A stretch of 61,796 nt of DNA from Candidatus Omnitrophota bacterium. GTDB taxonomy: Bacteria; Omnitrophota; Gorgyraeia; Duberdicusellales; 4484-171. The notes under the pieces are model-generated. The model was not told the DNA's origin. It was given only the letters and a program-made list of their open reading frames with translations, and made no database searches. A program made the translations under genes and the position numbers. Shown here one piece after another: positions 59,662-61,796 of this stretch. The stretch's first letter is position 1, and the number at the start of each line of letters is the position of its first letter. Where the stretch lies: NCBI GenBank assembly GCA_003154195.1, contig PMCS01000015.1, forward strand, positions 1-61,796. Direction: 5' to 3'.

Positions 59662-60352
59662 GCTTATTGACCAAATCCTGAAAGTCTTTTCCGACAATCA
59701 CCTTTTCGATGAAGGCGTCGAGCTCATCGGCAGTTGGTGTTTTCAGTTATATCAAAAGCATTTAGGCGCCAAAAGTTTCCCACTAAGAACTCAAGATATC
59801 GATTTTCTTATACCCAACCCGTTTCGCGGCAAAGAACATTCGGATTTTATCGAACAGCTTGAAAAACTCGGATTCAGCCATGATTTTAAACGAGATGGCT
59901 CGATTTACCTCTGGAACGCAGAGCTGAAGATTGAATTCATCACTCCGGAAAAAGGGCGCGGGGTTGATGGTTCGACAAAAATCAGCAAGCTTGGTATAAA
60001 CGCAATACCTTTAAGATTTGTTGCTTTTTTGCTGGATAATCCGATTACGATTGTTGATGGTGGAGTTAAAATCCGGGTCCCCAATCCTGCCAATTTTTGT
60101 CTTCACAAACTGATCATTGCCTCACGAAGACGCAAAATTGATAAAAGCATAAAAGACTTGCAACAGGCAATTTGCACATCGGTGGTATTAGATAAACAAG
60201 AATTATTGAAATTATTCAATTCTTTGCCCAGGAAATGGAAAGCGGCAATAATGCGAATGATCGATAAATCAAAAACAGAATTACCTTTATTAAATGAAGA
60301 AATAGAGAAGCTCGATCTTACACTACAAGGCGCAGATAGAAAAACGATGTAG
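59654..60352 (+). CDS. Nucleotidyltransferase-fold protein (GSU2403-like)
   Basis: LIGSWCF..Y, LRTQDIDF, IEFITP, VPNPANFCLHKLII..RR..K..KD. Confidence 0.82.
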   Translation: MVKLIDQILKVFSDNHLFDEGVELIGSWCFQLYQKHLGAKSFPLRTQDIDFLIPNPFRGKEHSDFIEQLEKLGFSHDFKRDGSIYLWNAELKIEFITPEKGRGVDGSTKISKLGINAIPLRFVAFLLDNPITIVDGGVKIRVPNPANFCLHKLIIASRRRKIDKSIKDLQQAICTSVVLDKQELLKLFNSLPRKWKAAIMRMIDKSKTELPLLNEEIEKLDLTLQGADRKTM

Positions 60353-60372
60353 TGCAAAATTTCCATAACAAT

Positions 60373-61572
60373 ATGAACAATAAAGAGGTAGTGAAAAAGA
60401 AGGTTTTTGTCCGCACGTTCGGTTGTCAGATGAACGACCGCGACTCGGAGGCAATTACCGGTCTTTTCAGGCAGAATGGTTATACTTTAACCGACGACCC
60501 CAAAACCGCCGACGTGATCCTGGTCAATACCTGTTCGGTGCGAGAACACGCGGAGGAGCGTGAGATATCTTTTTTAGGTTCACTAAAAAAGATATCCCGT
60601 GAAGGACGAAGGATGAAGGACGAAGGACGAGAAAAACTCATCCCTCATCCATCATCCCTCATCCCTCGGGTCATCGGCTTAATCGGCTGTATGGCCAAAG
60701 CGCGGGGGCAAGAAATCGCCAAACAGATGCCCCATGTTAACCTGATTTGTTCGCCGGCAAGCGAAGACAGGATTTTAGAATATGTGGAAAAAATCCAAAA
60801 AGACGGCGGAAGAATCATCGATTTAGAAGACCGGCAGAGAGATGAAGAATTCTACCAAGCGCCGTTCAACATCGACGCAAACCACGCCCAGGTAGTCATT
60901 TCCACGGGATGCTCTAACCACTGTACTTATTGTATTGTGCCCTCGGTCCGGGGAGAATTGCGCCTGCGTAAACCGGAAGATATTGTTGACGAAGTCAAAC
61001 GCAATATGGATTTAGGAATTACACGCATCACGCTTTTGGGGCAAAATGTTAACGACTATTGTTTTCATCCATCAAACGTAAACTTTATAGATTTGCTAAA
61101 AATGGCGGCAGACATCAATGAGATAGAAGAGGTGGACTTCATGACCAGCCATCCCAAAAATACTTCGTCGGAACTTTTTAATTTTATGGCGGGAAGCCAT
61201 AAAATTAAAAAGCAATTACACCTTCCAATTCAGTCCGGCTCTGATAAAATATTAAAAGCGATGAATCGCGGCTACCGCCGGGAGCAATACTTAAAACTGG
61301 CGGCGGATTACCGGCACATCGTTGAGGGCATCTTAGGCACGGATATTATTATCGGTTTTCCGGGGGAATCCGAACGGGATTTTTTAGATACAGTAGATAT
61401 AGTTAAAACCGTAGGTTTTAACTATGCGTATATCTTCATGTATTCACCCCGGCCGGGAACTGCCGCGGCAAAATTAGCCGACGACGTGCCGCTGGCCGAA
61501 AAAAAACGCCGCCACGCGGAGTTGCTGGCTTTACAGAAGAAAATATCTAAGGGGAATATCACTAAATATTGA
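60373..61572 (+). CDS. miaB: tRNA methylthiotransferase MiaB lacking the C-terminal TRAM domain, with an in-frame repeat insertion
   Basis: TFGCQMNDRDSE, NTCSVRE, GCMA, GCSNHCTYCIVP, LLGQNVNDY, TSHP, HLPIQSGS, DIIIGFPGE, YSPRPGT. Alternative GTG start at 60391. Confidence 0.9.
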   Translation: MNNKEVVKKKVFVRTFGCQMNDRDSEAITGLFRQNGYTLTDDPKTADVILVNTCSVREHAEEREISFLGSLKKISREGRRMKDEGREKLIPHPSSLIPRVIGLIGCMAKARGQEIAKQMPHVNLICSPASEDRILEYVEKIQKDGGRIIDLEDRQRDEEFYQAPFNIDANHAQVVISTGCSNHCTYCIVPSVRGELRLRKPEDIVDEVKRNMDLGITRITLLGQNVNDYCFHPSNVNFIDLLKMAADINEIEEVDFMTSHPKNTSSELFNFMAGSHKIKKQLHLPIQSGSDKILKAMNRGYRREQYLKLAADYRHIVEGILGTDIIIGFPGESERDFLDTVDIVKTVGFNYAYIFMYSPRPGTAAAKLADDVPLAEKKRRHAELLALQKKISKGNITKY

Positions 61573-61796
61573 CACATTAAAATATATGATACAGAACCAA
61601 AAAATTTACCACGAAGGCACTAAGGACACAAAAAAATAAAGCAATTGTCGCCGTCAAGACACAAGATTACCAGAAAGACAATTAATTTTTTCTTAGTGCC
61701 TTGGTGAATTGTTTTCGAGAGCCCCGTAGGGATTTTTATTTCGTAATATTTATATATTCTTGGCACCTTTGTGCCTGTTATGTAGTGTGTCAATCT

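Overview
Bacterial accessory region in which essentially every credible gene is on the + strand. It may come from Ca. Omnitrophota; this is inferred from the giant-protein architecture, not proven. Two giant paralogous genes (<1..9168, >3000 aa, cut by the window edge; ~37235..46675, ~3150 aa) share a near-identical N-terminal domain and a near-identical 53-aa 'PGGIKMS...' C-terminus. Between these ends they carry largely different strings of cargo modules (ROK kinase, HD domains, Gfo/Idh/MocA, HEAT, DUF2934-like), each delimited by a recurring [A/S/G]-[A/S/G]-S-P motif. This suggests a polymorphic exported polyprotein system. Between the two giants lie an ankyrin gene, two GT-C-like membrane paralogs, typA/bipA, and a ~20-kb array of small, mostly exported genes. 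The array is punctuated by a recurring post-stop-codon hairpin site (AAGGGGCGGGGA-N-TGTCCCCGGAATT) and by orphan gene 3' ends; it looks cassette-like, but no integrase is in the window. Several families of short palindromic or tandem repeats occur intergenically and in frame inside genes, including miaB. The right end holds a PaaK-like ligase, an S51 peptidase, a beta-barrel/CARDB surface-protein cluster, flavodoxin, a collapsed SDR pseudogene, a nucleotidyltransferase pair flanked by two copies of an inverted-repeat site, and a miaB lacking its TRAM domain. All domain calls were made by eye from motifs; no database searches were run.
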